From an uncultured Gemmatimonadota bacterium (GTDB lineage Bacteria; Gemmatimonadota; Gemmatimonadetes; Palauibacterales; KS3-K002), in assembly GCA_964345885.1 (NCBI GenBank), contig CAYFSW010000033.1:45584-109583 (forward strand): a stretch of 64,000 nt of DNA, written 5' to 3'. The notes under the pieces were generated by a model. It was given only the letters and a program-made list of their open reading frames with translations, made no database searches and was not told the origin of the DNA. The position numbers and the translations under genes were made by a program. This document shows, one piece after another, positions 30,669 to 40,312 of this stretch. The stretch's first letter is position 1. Every line of letters begins with the position of its first letter.

Positions 30669-31721
30669 TTAGGCGTCCTCTTTCCCCGACTCCTCTGCGA
30701 CTTCCACGACGACGCTCGGCCCGATGCCTAGGGCGCCGCGCACCTTCAGTTCGACTTCCTGAGCGACATCAGGATTCTCATCCAGGAAACCCTTGGCGTT
30801 CTCGCGGCCCTGGCCGATCCGCTGCTCGCCGTAGGAGTACCAGGCTCCGGACTTCTTAATGATCTCGTGCTCGGTAGCGATGTCGACCAGCTCGCCGGAT
30901 CGGGAGATGCCCTGGTTGAACATGATGTCGAACTCGCTCTGGCGGAACGGCGGCGCGCACTTGTTCTTGACCACCTTGACCCGGGTACGGTTGCCGACCT
31001 GGTCGTTGCCGTCCTTGATCGATGCGATGCGTCGGATATCGAGGCGCAGCGAGGCGTAGAACTTGAGCGCTCGGCCGCCCGGCTGGGTCTCGGGATTCCC
31101 GAACATGACGCCGATCTTCTCGCGGATCTGATTGGTGAAGACGACGGCGGTGTTCGAGCGGCTGATCGCGCCGGTCACCTTACGCAGCGCCTGCGACATG
31201 AGCCGCGCCTGGAGGCCGACATGCGAGGCGCCCATCTCGCCTTCGATCTCCGCCCGGGGGACGAGGGCGGCAACGGAATCGATGACTACTATGTCGACGG
31301 CGCCGCTGCGGACCAGGACCTCGGCTATCTCGAGCGCCTGCTCGCCGGTGTCGGGCTGCGAGACCAGCAGGTTCTCGCAATCGACGCCCAGCTTCTCGGC
31401 GTAGTGGATGTCGAGGGCGTGCTCGGCGTCGATAAACGCCGCCACACCGCCACCCTTCTGGGCGTTGGCGATCATGTGCAGCGTCAACGTCGTCTTACCC
31501 GAAGACTCCGGCCCGTAGACCTCGGTCACCCGGCCCCGCGGGATACCGCCGATCCCGGTGACGGAGTCGAGTGCGATGGACCCCGTCGGGATCGCCTCTA
31601 CCTTTACCCGGGCCCCTTCGGCGCCCATGCGCATGATCGCGCCCTTGCCGTGCTGACGCTCGACCAGGGAGATCGCGACGTTCAGCGCCTTTTTCCTCTC
31701 CTCACTCAGTTCCGCAGCCAT
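30669..31721 (-). CDS. recA: Recombinase A
   Basis: [65 protein letters not shown]; ATG 31721 with SD GGAGG. Confidence 0.99.
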   Translation of the reverse strand: MAAELSEERKKALNVAISLVERQHGKGAIMRMGAEGARVKVEAIPTGSIALDSVTGIGGIPRGRVTEVYGPESSGKTTLTLHMIANAQKGGGVAAFIDAEHALDIHYAEKLGVDCENLLVSQPDTGEQALEIAEVLVRSGAVDIVVIDSVAALVPRAEIEGEMGASHVGLQARLMSQALRKVTGAISRSNTAVVFTNQIREKIGVMFGNPETQPGGRALKFYASLRLDIRRIASIKDGNDQVGNRTRVKVVKNKCAPPFRQSEFDIMFNQGISRSGELVDIATEHEIIKKSGAWYSYGEQRIGQGRENAKGFLDENPDVAQEVELKVRGALGIGPSVVVEVAEESGKEDA

Positions 31722-31742
31722 TTTCCCTCCTGAGGAACTTGG

Positions 31743-31785
31743 GCGTTCAACGTTCAGACTTCGCTGTCCGATGTTCGCTTTCAGC
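31743..31785. repeat. Element F: single-arm heptamer-unit repeat (GAACATC family)
   Basis: cgttcaa cgttcag acttcgc tgtccga tgttcgc tttcagc upstream of recA. Confidence 0.55.
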
Positions 31786-31841
31786 GATCCCAGCCTACCC
31801 ACCAACCCTACCGTGCAACGCTCAACCGATCGTCAACGTTT

Positions 31842-32879
31842 CTACGGCGCCGCCAACTCCTCGAACGCGGCGCAGGCCCGCTCGATCCCGGCGTCATCGA
31901 CGTCGAGATGCGTGACCGCCCGCAGCCGCCCCAGGCCCGTGGTCAGAATCCACACGCCGCGCTCCTCCAGGAAGCTGACAACATCGCCCGGCGCCATGTC
32001 GTCACGCTCAACGTCGATCATGATGATATTGGTGTCCGGGGGAATCACGCGGAACCCATCCAGCCCGTCCACAAATTCGGCCAGCCGGCGCGCCCGGGCG
32101 TGGTCCTCGGCGAGGCGGGGCAGGTTCTGCTCGAGGGCGTAGAGCCCGGCGGCCGCAAGGATGCCCACCTGGCGCATACCGCCACCTAATCGCTTCCGCC
32201 ACGCGTGGGCCCGCGCCATCGCCTCCGCAGTGCCCGCCAAAGCCGACCCGATCGGCGCACCGAGCCCCTTCGAGAAGCAGACCATGACCGTGTCCGCCCG
32301 GGCAGCGAACTCAGCCGCCGCGACCCCCGTCGCCGCCGCCGCGTTCCACAGCCGCGCCCCGTCCAGGTGGAGCGCCAGGCCGTGCTCGTTCGCCAGCCCC
32401 CGCAGCTCCTTAAGCACCGCCAGCGGCATCACCTTCCCGCCCGCCATGTTGTGTGTGTTCTCGGCGCAGATCAGCGCCGTCCGCATCAGGTGCGGGCTCT
32501 CGGGCCGGACGTACGGCCGCGCCAGATCCGCCGTCAGCACGCCCTCCTCCGTCACCACCGGCCGCAGCTGCACTCCCGACCACGTAGCTGCGCCCGCGAA
32601 CTCGTAGTGCAGGACGTGGGCGTTGGCCTCGCAGATCGCCTCCGTCCCCGGCCGCGTGTTCACCAAGATCCCCGTCTGGTTCGCCTGCGTGCCGCTGGGG
32701 AAGAAGAGCGACGCCTCCTTCCCCAGCAGTTCCGCCAGCCGCTCCTGTAGCACTTTGACGGTGGGGTCGTCGCCCAGCACGTCGTCGCCGACCTCGGCCT
32801 CGGCGATCGCCTGACGCATCCCGGGGGATGGCCGGGTCACCGTGTCGCTGCGCAGGTCGACGATGTCGTTTCCGGTCAT
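31842..32879 (-). CDS. ltaE: Low-specificity L-threonine aldolase
   Basis: DLRSDTVTRPS, VGDDVLGDDPTV, SGTQANQ, ENTHN, HLDGARLWNA, CFSKGLGAPIGS, GGGMRQVG. Confidence 0.95.
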   Translation of the reverse strand: MTGNDIVDLRSDTVTRPSPGMRQAIAEAEVGDDVLGDDPTVKVLQERLAELLGKEASLFFPSGTQANQTGILVNTRPGTEAICEANAHVLHYEFAGAATWSGVQLRPVVTEEGVLTADLARPYVRPESPHLMRTALICAENTHNMAGGKVMPLAVLKELRGLANEHGLALHLDGARLWNAAAATGVAAAEFAARADTVMVCFSKGLGAPIGSALAGTAEAMARAHAWRKRLGGGMRQVGILAAAGLYALEQNLPRLAEDHARARRLAEFVDGLDGFRVIPPDTNIIMIDVERDDMAPGDVVSFLEERGVWILTTGLGRLRAVTHLDVDDAGIERACAAFEELAAP

Positions 32880-32921
32880 GGGATCTGTGTTATTGGGAGC
32901 GGCCCCGGTACAGCGTGCAAA

Positions 32922-33140
32922 CTACTTCGGGAATTCTTCGGGGTCAAGGCCCCGGACGGCGCGACCAGTCTCACCGGCGGCCGTCGACCAAGCTAGCAGG
33001 GCGGCAGTCTCCTCCTCAGCCTCTTGTCGGCCGTGCTCGCGTCCCTCAGTGGGCGGCAGCGCCTCGCGACCGCGGACCAGCGGCCAGGCCGCGTAGCCGA
33101 CAGCCAGAATCCCAACGATCATCGCCAGCAGCGCAGTCAC
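32922..33140 (-). CDS. Small single-TM protein, CcmI/CcmH N-terminal-like
   Basis: GTGA overlap with the upstream stop; MTALLAMIVGILAVGYAAWPLVRG followed by an acidic helix. Confidence 0.55.
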   Translation of the reverse strand: MTALLAMIVGILAVGYAAWPLVRGREALPPTEGREHGRQEAEEETAALLAWSTAAGETGRAVRGLDPEEFPK

Positions 33141-34984
33141 CCGAGCGACCTCCCTCGTAACGCGAGCGATAGCAACACCAGCACTCCACCCAGCCAAACG
33201 AGCCCCGCCAGAAAGCTAATCGAGAGGCGGCAGTCGACCGCCTCGCTTCCCCGCTGCGAGCTGAACTGCACTATGACATCGTGCAGGACGCCGCGCCGGA
33301 CGGCCGGTGTTCTGACCTGGCGGCGTCCCATCCAGTCGTACGTCACGGCGGCGGTGACGATCTCGGGTGGCGCGTCACCCCTGTCGAGCCTGAAGCTGGC
33401 CACCTGCCTCTCGAGGTGGTCCACCCTATAGCGCGAGAGTCCCAGGTAGGTGACCGAGATCCTCGCCCCCAGCCGGCTCGGCAGATTCAGGGACTCACCC
33501 GGCTCAACCGTCCGCATCGCGGTGCGGGTCAGCGCACCCGCGGCGATGCCCAGGACGATCAGGGCGGCCCCGAGATGGGCCAGCGCCGACGACCTCCGAC
33601 GACGTGCCCGAGCCCGGAACAGCCGTAGTGCAACGCCCAGATCGGAACCCGCCAGCGCCCTCCGGGCCGCTCGCAAGCGGACCATATCGGCGGCGAAGCC
33701 GGCGAGCACGGCGGCGGCCAGGCCGCCGGCGACGGCGAACTCCGCTGCCCTCCAACCGCTGAGGCCGTAGGCGGCGACGACCCCGACGGCCGCTAGGAAC
33801 GCCGCCGCGGGCCAGACCCGCTTCCACCCTCCCGCCCGTCGCTGCACGGACCAGGCTACGATCCCGGCCAGGGCGATGAACGCGATCGGCCACGCGACGT
33901 AGGGCCAGCGCGACCCACCCAGCAGCGCCCAGAGCGCTGCCACGCCGGCCACACCCAAGCCCGACAGACTGCCCAGCAGGGCGAAAGGCCCATAGCCGGG
34001 AATCGGTTGAGGAGCCCCCGCGACCCTCCCCAGAGGCGCGAATCCCGCCAGCCCGCCCGAGACGACCCCGACGGCAAAACCCGCCGCCCACGGTGCCACC
34101 GTTAGCCCGGCACCCGGCGCCGCCAGCAGCGATGCGGCAGCTCCTATGGCTGCGGGGAAAAGGGCCACACCCAGGATGCGCTGCCAGCGGACGGCCCAGG
34201 CGGGCGCCGCCGCGCCGCCCGGCGCGTGCAGGTACGAAATGGCCAAGGCCCAAGCAGGGACATTAACCGCGACGGACGATAGCCCGCTGGCGCCAAGCAG
34301 TTGCCCTTCGCTAGCGTAGGCGCGCCAGACTGCAGCCAGCACGGCGGCCGTCAACAATCCGGCGCCCAGCGTCACCGCCCCTCGCTCCCCGCGCCCCTCA
34401 CCGCGCGACTCAACCAGCTGTCCGCCGAGGGAACCTGCGAAGACGAAGGCGGCGCATCCGACCGCTAGATACATCGCCCAAGTCTGGAGCTGCCACGTCA
34501 CGTCCTCGACCTCCAGGGGTAGTCCCAGGCCGGCCACCGCGGGAACGGCCAGCTGGGCAAAAGGACGAGCCCGGGCCAGGACCAGCAGTCCCAGAATGAC
34601 CAGGGCCGCCAGCGTCCCGGTCCGTGCCGCCGAGCTTCGAGTTCGTTCCAGCCTCTGGCTGAGCGCGGCGAGGGCTGCCACTAGGAAGGTGATCAGCAGA
34701 GCGCCGCCCGCCGGGGCGCTCCACAGGGCGGCCAGCCTCCAATACCACGGATGCTGAAAGCCGGAGTGCGCCGCTACGTAGACGTACCTGAGCTCAACAA
34801 CCACGAGAGCATGGCCGAGGCCAGCGGTAGCGAGGAGGAGCAGCAGCGCTGTGGTGTCGGCGGCGCGACCGCCGAGAACCGCAAGGCTCCCGCGCCGCGC
34901 CCAGCCGCCAGCGATTGATGCAGCGGCGGCGAGCCCGGCCAACGGCGCCGCCGCCCATAGGCAGAGCTCGCCGAATTCAGCCAC
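33137..34984 (-). CDS. Divergent CcmF/NrfE-like polytopic membrane protein
   Basis: YVAAHS...PWYWRLAALWSAPAGG, RPF...GLGL, YLHA, LAHLG, C-terminal LVWLGG align by eye with CcmF; WWD motif absent. Confidence 0.8.
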   Translation of the reverse strand: MAEFGELCLWAAAPLAGLAAAASIAGGWARRGSLAVLGGRAADTTALLLLLATAGLGHALVVVELRYVYVAAHSGFQHPWYWRLAALWSAPAGGALLITFLVAALAALSQRLERTRSSAARTGTLAALVILGLLVLARARPFAQLAVPAVAGLGLPLEVEDVTWQLQTWAMYLAVGCAAFVFAGSLGGQLVESRGEGRGERGAVTLGAGLLTAAVLAAVWRAYASEGQLLGASGLSSVAVNVPAWALAISYLHAPGGAAAPAWAVRWQRILGVALFPAAIGAAASLLAAPGAGLTVAPWAAGFAVGVVSGGLAGFAPLGRVAGAPQPIPGYGPFALLGSLSGLGVAGVAALWALLGGSRWPYVAWPIAFIALAGIVAWSVQRRAGGWKRVWPAAAFLAAVGVVAAYGLSGWRAAEFAVAGGLAAAVLAGFAADMVRLRAARRALAGSDLGVALRLFRARARRRRSSALAHLGAALIVLGIAAGALTRTAMRTVEPGESLNLPSRLGARISVTYLGLSRYRVDHLERQVASFRLDRGDAPPEIVTAAVTYDWMGRRQVRTPAVRRGVLHDVIVQFSSQRGSEAVDCRLSISFLAGLVWLGGVLVLLSLALRGRSLG

Positions 34985-35008
34985 GCGGTGCTCCGAAGCG
35001 CGCCGTGC

Positions 35009-35476
35009 CTATTTTAGTTCGCCCCGCGTGCGCGCCTGGTCCAGCGCCCACACCACCGCTTCTTCCGGCGTCTCGGCCTCGGGCACAGGCAGGTTGGTGA
35101 GATCGGACTTCAGACGTATAAGAGGCACCCCGAGCTTCAGGCAGAGAGCCGCCTCCGACATCGTCCCCCAACCTCCGGCGATGGCGATCACGGCATCGGA
35201 CGTCTTCACAACGAGCACGTTGCGAGCCTCTCCCAAGCCTGTAGGGATCGGGATCGTAATCCCAGGATTCGCAGTCCGAACGTCGTCGCCCGGGAGTATT
35301 CCTACAACCACACCACCGGCGTCGCGGGCACCGACCGCCGCCGCCTCCATGACGCCGCCCAGACCCCCGCACACAAGTATGGCGCCTTCCCACGCCACCA
35401 ATTCCCCCACTCTTCGCGCCACACCCGCCAAGGTGTCATCACACAGATGTCCCCCGATCACTCCGATCCGCAACAC
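35009..35476 (-). CDS. TIGR00725 family (SLOG/LOG-like) protein
   Basis: IGVIGG, CGGLGGVMEAA, GILPG, TGLGEARN, IAGGWGTMSE. Confidence 0.9.
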   Translation of the reverse strand: MLRIGVIGGHLCDDTLAGVARRVGELVAWEGAILVCGGLGGVMEAAAVGARDAGGVVVGILPGDDVRTANPGITIPIPTGLGEARNVLVVKTSDAVIAIAGGWGTMSEAALCLKLGVPLIRLKSDLTNLPVPEAETPEEAVVWALDQARTRGELK

Positions 35477-35504
35477 GACCTTACCTCACACTCGATAAAA
35501 AAAT

Positions 35505-35620
35505 TCTCCTATTCCCCGATCCCCCAATTCCCCGATCCCACGGATTCCACGGCTTCCACGGTTTCTTGAGCTCCCCAATCCCAACTCCCCAACTCCAGAA
35601 CCCCCGGACTCCCCACTTCC
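35505..35620. repeat. Element G: 8/9-mer tandem repeat (reverse complement of the D/N family)
   Basis: tccccgatcccacggattccacggc (35529-35553) plus ctccccaa/ctccagaa/cccccgga units up to the glpK stop. Confidence 0.8.
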
Positions 35621-37114
35621 CTACTTCGCCTCCGCCCACGCCGCCGCCGCCCTAACCGCGCGCCGCCAACCGCTCAGAAGCTGTTGCCGCCCCTCGTCCG
35701 CAAGCGCCGGCTCAAAGCCCCGCTCCAGCTTCTGCACCTCGCCCAGCTCGTCGGGCTCCGACCAGTACCCCGTCGACAGCCCCGCCAGTGCTGCCGCGCC
35801 CAGCGCCGTCGTCTCGACCATCGCCGGGCGGCCCACCGGGATGCCCGCCACATCCGCCTGGAACTGCATGAGCCAGTTGTTGGCCGCGGCACCCCCGTCG
35901 ACCCGCAGTTCGCGCACCGGCTGACCCCAGTCGGCGGCCATCGCCTCCATAAGGTCGCGGGCCGAGTAGGCCATCGCCTCCAGCGCCGCACGTACCAGGT
36001 GTGCGCGGCCACTGCCGCGCGTGAGGCCTACCAGCGTGCCCCTGGCATCCGCCAGCCAGTGCGGGGCGCCGAGCCCAACAAAGGCAGGCACGAAGTATAC
36101 CCCATCGTTGGACTCGAGCGAGCGGGCCAGCTCTTCCGTCTCGGCTGCGCTATCCACGAGGCCCAGCTCATCCCTCAGCCACTGCACCGCCGCGCCGGCG
36201 ATGAAGATCGAGCCCTCGAGCGCGTAGGCCGCTTCGCCGCGCGCGCCGCACGCCACCGTCGTCAGCAAGCCGTGCCGCGACGGAACGACCTCATCGCCCG
36301 TGTGCACGAGCAGGAAGGCGCCCGTCCCGTACGTGCACTTCGCCTGTCCCGGCGCCCAGCAACCCTGACCGTACAGCGCCGCCTGCTGGTCACCCATCGC
36401 CGCCGCCACAGGCGCCTCGAACCCCACAGCCTTCGAATCGCTCGTCCCGAATAGGCCGCCCGACGGCTGCACCTCGGGTAGCACTGCCTCAGGGACACCG
36501 AGAAGCCCGCAGAGCTCCGGATCCCAGCGCCGCTCGTCGATCCGGAACAGCTGGGTGCGCGAGGCGTTGGTCGGTTCCGTCGCGTGGACCCGGCCACCGC
36601 TGAGCTTCCAGATGACCCAGCTGTCGATCGTGCCGACGGCCAGCTCTCCGGACTCGGCACGCTGGCGCGCGCCCGGCACATGCTCCAGCAGCCAGGCGAT
36701 CTTGGTGCCGGAGAAGTAGGGATCGATGACCAGCCCTGAACGCTCGCGTATCAGAGTTTCGTGTCCGCCGTCCTTGAGCGCCTGGCACTCGGGTGTCGTT
36801 CGCCGGCACTGCCAGACGATGGCATGGTATACCGGCTCACCGCTCTCCCGGTCCCAGAGGACCACGGTCTCACGCTGGTTCGTGATCCCGACCCCGGCAA
36901 CGTCGGAAGGGGCCAGACCGCCGGCCTTCAGCGCCTCCCCCACCACGACCTGGACCGAGCGCCAGATCTCTTCCGCATCGTGCTCAACCCAACCCGGCTG
37001 CGGGTAATGTTGCTCGATCTCCCGATACGCCCGGCCGACGACCTTCCCTACCCTGTCAATGGCGAGCACCGTCGTCCCGGTCGTGCCCTGATCGATGGCG
37101 AGGATCACTGCCAT
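35621..37114 (-). CDS. glpK: Glycerol kinase
   Basis: ILAIDQGTTGT, PGWVEHD, GITNQRET, DPYFSGTK, TEPTNASRT, GDQQAAL, KCTYGTG, YALEGS, PAFVGLGAPHW, RVDGG. Confidence 0.97.
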   Translation of the reverse strand: MAVILAIDQGTTGTTVLAIDRVGKVVGRAYREIEQHYPQPGWVEHDAEEIWRSVQVVVGEALKAGGLAPSDVAGVGITNQRETVVLWDRESGEPVYHAIVWQCRRTTPECQALKDGGHETLIRERSGLVIDPYFSGTKIAWLLEHVPGARQRAESGELAVGTIDSWVIWKLSGGRVHATEPTNASRTQLFRIDERRWDPELCGLLGVPEAVLPEVQPSGGLFGTSDSKAVGFEAPVAAAMGDQQAALYGQGCWAPGQAKCTYGTGAFLLVHTGDEVVPSRHGLLTTVACGARGEAAYALEGSIFIAGAAVQWLRDELGLVDSAAETEELARSLESNDGVYFVPAFVGLGAPHWLADARGTLVGLTRGSGRAHLVRAALEAMAYSARDLMEAMAADWGQPVRELRVDGGAAANNWLMQFQADVAGIPVGRPAMVETTALGAAALAGLSTGYWSEPDELGEVQKLERGFEPALADEGRQQLLSGWRRAVRAAAAWAEAK

Positions 37115-37121
37115 GACACCC

Positions 37122-37535
37122 TCAGTTCTTCTGGCTCCAGGGAGTGTAGCGCTTCACCTCGAGCGCCGGGTTCAGCGCCCGCAGCTGCGCGAGGAACTCA
37201 TCGATGCCTTCCATGTTGCCGTACAGGTTGATCGATCCGTCGCCGTGTTCGATCCAGTAGCCGCGTCCCACCCGCATGACGCGCCTGATACGGTCCACGC
37301 TCAGCTCTTTCCGTCCGATCACGCCACGGAACTCGATAACACGATCATCCCGCGCCCGCACCTCTACCGCCGTCTTGAGCAGTTGATTCCAGCGCCAGGC
37401 CAGGACGAACAGGAAGGCGACGAAGAAGAGCCGTGGCTCTGCGTAGAAGACGCCGAAAACCGTCAGAGCCGTCAAGATCCCCAGGAACCCGAAGGTTAAG
37501 ACCAGCGTCGACCTTTTGGCCCGGTAGCACTTCAT
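37122..37535 (-). CDS. Hypothetical membrane protein (two TM segments plus a small soluble domain)
   Basis: MKCYRAKRSTLVLTFGFLGILTALTVFGVFYAEPRLFFVAFLFVLAW...; the longer ORF (to 37628) extends through a D/G hexamer repeat. Confidence 0.7.
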   Translation of the reverse strand: MKCYRAKRSTLVLTFGFLGILTALTVFGVFYAEPRLFFVAFLFVLAWRWNQLLKTAVEVRARDDRVIEFRGVIGRKELSVDRIRRVMRVGRGYWIEHGDGSINLYGNMEGIDEFLAQLRALNPALEVKRYTPWSQKN

Positions 37536-37550
37536 GATCCCGCACCCACC

Positions 37551-37612
37551 ACCGTCCCCGTCGCCATCGCCATCACCATCGGTTTCGTCATCGTCACCGT
37601 CATCGTTATCTC
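37551..37612. repeat. Element H: hexamer tandem repeat (CGCCAT family)
   Basis: caccgt ccccgt cgccat cgccat caccat cggttt cgtcat cgtcac cgtcat cgttat. Confidence 0.75.
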
Positions 37613-37624
37613 GATTGGCCAACC

Positions 37625-38665
37625 TCACGTCCCCCGTAATTCCCCAAACTCCCCCGGCCTCAGAATCCCGCGCTCCGTGATGAACCCAACCACCAACTCC
37701 GCCGGCGTCACGTCGAACGCCGCAGCGAAGACCGCCACTCCATCGGGCGCAATCTGCCGCCCGAACCCGCGCCGCACCTCACCCTCGCCGCGCTCCTCGA
37801 TCGGGATCTCGCTGCCGGTCGCCAGGCCGAAATCGAACGTGCTGGACGGCGCCGCCACGTAGAACGGAATACCGTGGTGCCGCGCCGCGATCGCCAGCCC
37901 GTAAGTCCCGATCTTGTTGGCGACGTCGCCATTGGCGGCGATCCGATCGGCGCCCACGATCACCAGGTCGACAGCGAGCCGCGACATCGCCGCCGCCGCC
38001 GCGTTGTCGGTGAGCACGAGTACATCCACGCCGGCGCGACTCAGTTCCCACGCCGTGAGCCGGCTACCCTGCAATAAGGGACGCGTCTCGCTCGACAGGA
38101 CCCGCACCTTTAACCTCCGTTCAGCCGCCAGGTAGATCGGTGCGAGCGCGGTGCCTATACCGCCGGTCGCCAGGGCACCGGCGTTGCAGTGGGTCAGCAC
38201 TGTCGACCCGTCACGCAGCAGCGTCAGCCCGTGCTCGCCGATGCGCCGGCACATCTCGCGGTCCTCTTCGAGGATGAGCTGACACTCCCGGCGCATCGCC
38301 TCCCAGAGCTCCGCGTTCCCCGCCCCTGCCATTGCGGTCGCGACCGCGGCCACCCGGTCCACCGCCCAGGCCAGGTTCGCGCCGGTGGGCCGGGCGCCGC
38401 GAATCCGCTCGGCGCTCTCCGCCAGCCGCGCCCGGAAGTCAGACGCCGCGCCGTCGATGTAACGCTTGAGTGACGCCACGAGTCCCATCGCCCCGGCGAT
38501 GCCGATGGCCGGCGCGCCGCGAACCCGCAAGCTCTGGATCGCCTCAATCACCTCGTCGGCCTCTACGAGATCGATCTCCTTGTACTCGGAAGGGAGTAAG
38601 GTCTGATCGATGATGCGTACCGCATCATCGTGCCAGTGGACCGCGCGAGGGATGTCGATCGACAC
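37625..38665 (-). CDS. mtnA: S-methyl-5-thioribose-1-phosphate isomerase
   Basis: IDQTLLP, VRGAPAIG, RPTGANL, LTHCNAGALATGG.GTAL, ETRPLLQGSRLTAWEL, GADRIAANGDVANKIGTY, AFDVTP. Confidence 0.96.
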   Translation of the reverse strand: MSIDIPRAVHWHDDAVRIIDQTLLPSEYKEIDLVEADEVIEAIQSLRVRGAPAIGIAGAMGLVASLKRYIDGAASDFRARLAESAERIRGARPTGANLAWAVDRVAAVATAMAGAGNAELWEAMRRECQLILEEDREMCRRIGEHGLTLLRDGSTVLTHCNAGALATGGIGTALAPIYLAAERRLKVRVLSSETRPLLQGSRLTAWELSRAGVDVLVLTDNAAAAAMSRLAVDLVIVGADRIAANGDVANKIGTYGLAIAARHHGIPFYVAAPSSTFDFGLATGSEIPIEERGEGEVRRGFGRQIAPDGVAVFAAAFDVTPAELVVGFITERGILRPGEFGELRGT

Positions 38666-38711
38666 AGTCAGACGTTCGGAGTCCTATAGGGAGGCGGATG
38701 ACCTGAGCCGG

Positions 38712-39305
38712 TCAGTCGAGCTCCACCAACCGGCCGAACGCATATCGCCAGCCGAAACGGCGAAAGAGCTCCAGGAGTCTCTGGATCGGCAGGCCCATCA
38801 CGTTGAAGTAGTCGCCCTCGATGCGTTCGACGATCGCTGCGCCGAAACCTTGAATGCCATAGGCGCCCGCCTTGTCCATCGGCTCTTCGGTCGCAACGTA
38901 TTCCTCGCATTCACGAGGGTCAAGCGAACGGAACCAGACGCACGTGGCCTCCACCGCGCTTTCCACATGCTCCGGTATCGCCAGCGCGACACCCGTATAG
39001 ACCATGTGCTCCTCCCCCTTCAGTCGGCAGACCATCGCCACCGCCTCCTCCCGCGTAACCGGCTTGCCCAAGATCTCTCCGCGATGCACGACCAGCGTGT
39101 CGCACCCGATAGCCAACGCACCGTCCGCACGCGCCGCCTCCGCCTTGGCGCGGGCCAGACGCTGGGCCGCCTCGGCCGGTCCCTCACCGGGGACCAACGA
39201 CTCGTCTACCTCCGGTACCTGCACGGTGTGCTCCAGCCCGAGCCGCGCCAGCAGCTCGGCGCGGCGTGGCGACCTGGAGGCAAGGATCAATCTCGGAGCT
39301 TTCAC
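38712..39305 (-). CDS. maf: Maf family nucleoside triphosphate pyrophosphatase
   Basis: LILASRSPRR.ELL, GCDTLV, ILGKP, EPMDKAGAYGIQG, IEGDYFNVMGLP; GTG 39305. Confidence 0.95.
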   Translation of the reverse strand: MKAPRLILASRSPRRAELLARLGLEHTVQVPEVDESLVPGEGPAEAAQRLARAKAEAARADGALAIGCDTLVVHRGEILGKPVTREEAVAMVCRLKGEEHMVYTGVALAIPEHVESAVEATCVWFRSLDPRECEEYVATEEPMDKAGAYGIQGFGAAIVERIEGDYFNVMGLPIQRLLELFRRFGWRYAFGRLVELD

Positions 39306-39469
39306 GGATGCCTCTCTTTGGACCGCGAACAAGCTGGCCCCGGCCGCAACTGTAACACAAGCCCACGTCCGACACGCAACCGCGGACGTCCTGTCGCTGC
39401 CGGTCTGCTCGCATCCTTTCACGGAGTGTTGTAAGGTCCGAGCAACATCTTTGAAGAGGGAGAATCTCA

Positions 39470-40312
39470 GTGACCACATACAACGACGGGACCCACCTGA
39501 GGCGGCTGGAGACGGCTGAGATCGCTGCCTGGGGCGACTTCTACAGGGCGGCCTCGCCCGCCTCGGCGGCCGCTTGCGGACTCGGCCTGCTTGAAGACGA
39601 CGGGACCCTGGCGGTGCGCGCCGCGGCAGCCGACGTCCTCGCGCTCAACACGGTGATGGGACTCGGTCTGAAGCGACCGGCCAGCGATGCTACCATAGAA
39701 AAGCTCGTCGAGTTCTTCGTCAGCGCGCGAGTTCCTCGCTTCTTCGTCAAGGTGAGCCCGACGACAGAGGCTGCCGATATCGGCGAGTCGCTAACCGCTC
39801 GTGGTTTCAAGCACTACAACAACTGGGTGAAGCTCTACCGCGATACGTCACCGCCTCCACATGCCTCCACCGACCTGGAGATCCGGCGGATCGATGAGGA
39901 TGAAGCACCTGCGTTCGGGCGAATAGTCGTGTCGTGTTTCGATTGGCCGGAGTCGGCGGCGTCCTGGGTCGCCGATATGGTTGGGAGGGACAGCTGGCGC
40001 CACTACATGGCATTCGATGGCGCCGGGCCAGCCGCCACGGGAGCGCTCTTTGTCAGCCAGGGTCTCGCCTGGATCGACTTCGCGACGACGCTGCCGGAGT
40101 ACCGGGGCCGAGGCGCCCAGAGTGCGCTGCTCGCCCAACGGATCCGCGACGCCGCCGAGCTGGGCTGTGAGGGCCTGGTCGTCGAAACCGCTGAGGACCG
40201 GTCCGAGAAGCCGGCGCCATCATTCCGCAATCAACTCAGATTCGGGTTCCAGGTCGCCTACGTACGCCCGAACTTCATCTACTACGTCGCGTTTTCTCCA
40301 GCAGACTCCTGA
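39470..40312 (+). CDS. GNAT family N-acetyltransferase (tandem-domain type)
   Basis: ATTLPEYRGRGAQSALLAQRI, SFRNQLRFGF; N-terminal NTVMGLG domain. Confidence 0.85.
   Translation: MTTYNDGTHLRRLETAEIAAWGDFYRAASPASAAACGLGLLEDDGTLAVRAAAADVLALNTVMGLGLKRPASDATIEKLVEFFVSARVPRFFVKVSPTTEAADIGESLTARGFKHYNNWVKLYRDTSPPPHASTDLEIRRIDEDEAPAFGRIVVSCFDWPESAASWVADMVGRDSWRHYMAFDGAGPAATGALFVSQGLAWIDFATTLPEYRGRGAQSALLAQRIRDAAELGCEGLVVETAEDRSEKPAPSFRNQLRFGFQVAYVRPNFIYYVAFSPADS

Noticed and set aside
31722-31800. LexA box upstream of recA
   Set aside because: The GAAC/GTTC words here belong to the heptamer repeat, and their spacing does not match GAAC-N4-GTTC or GTTC-N7-GTTC convincingly.
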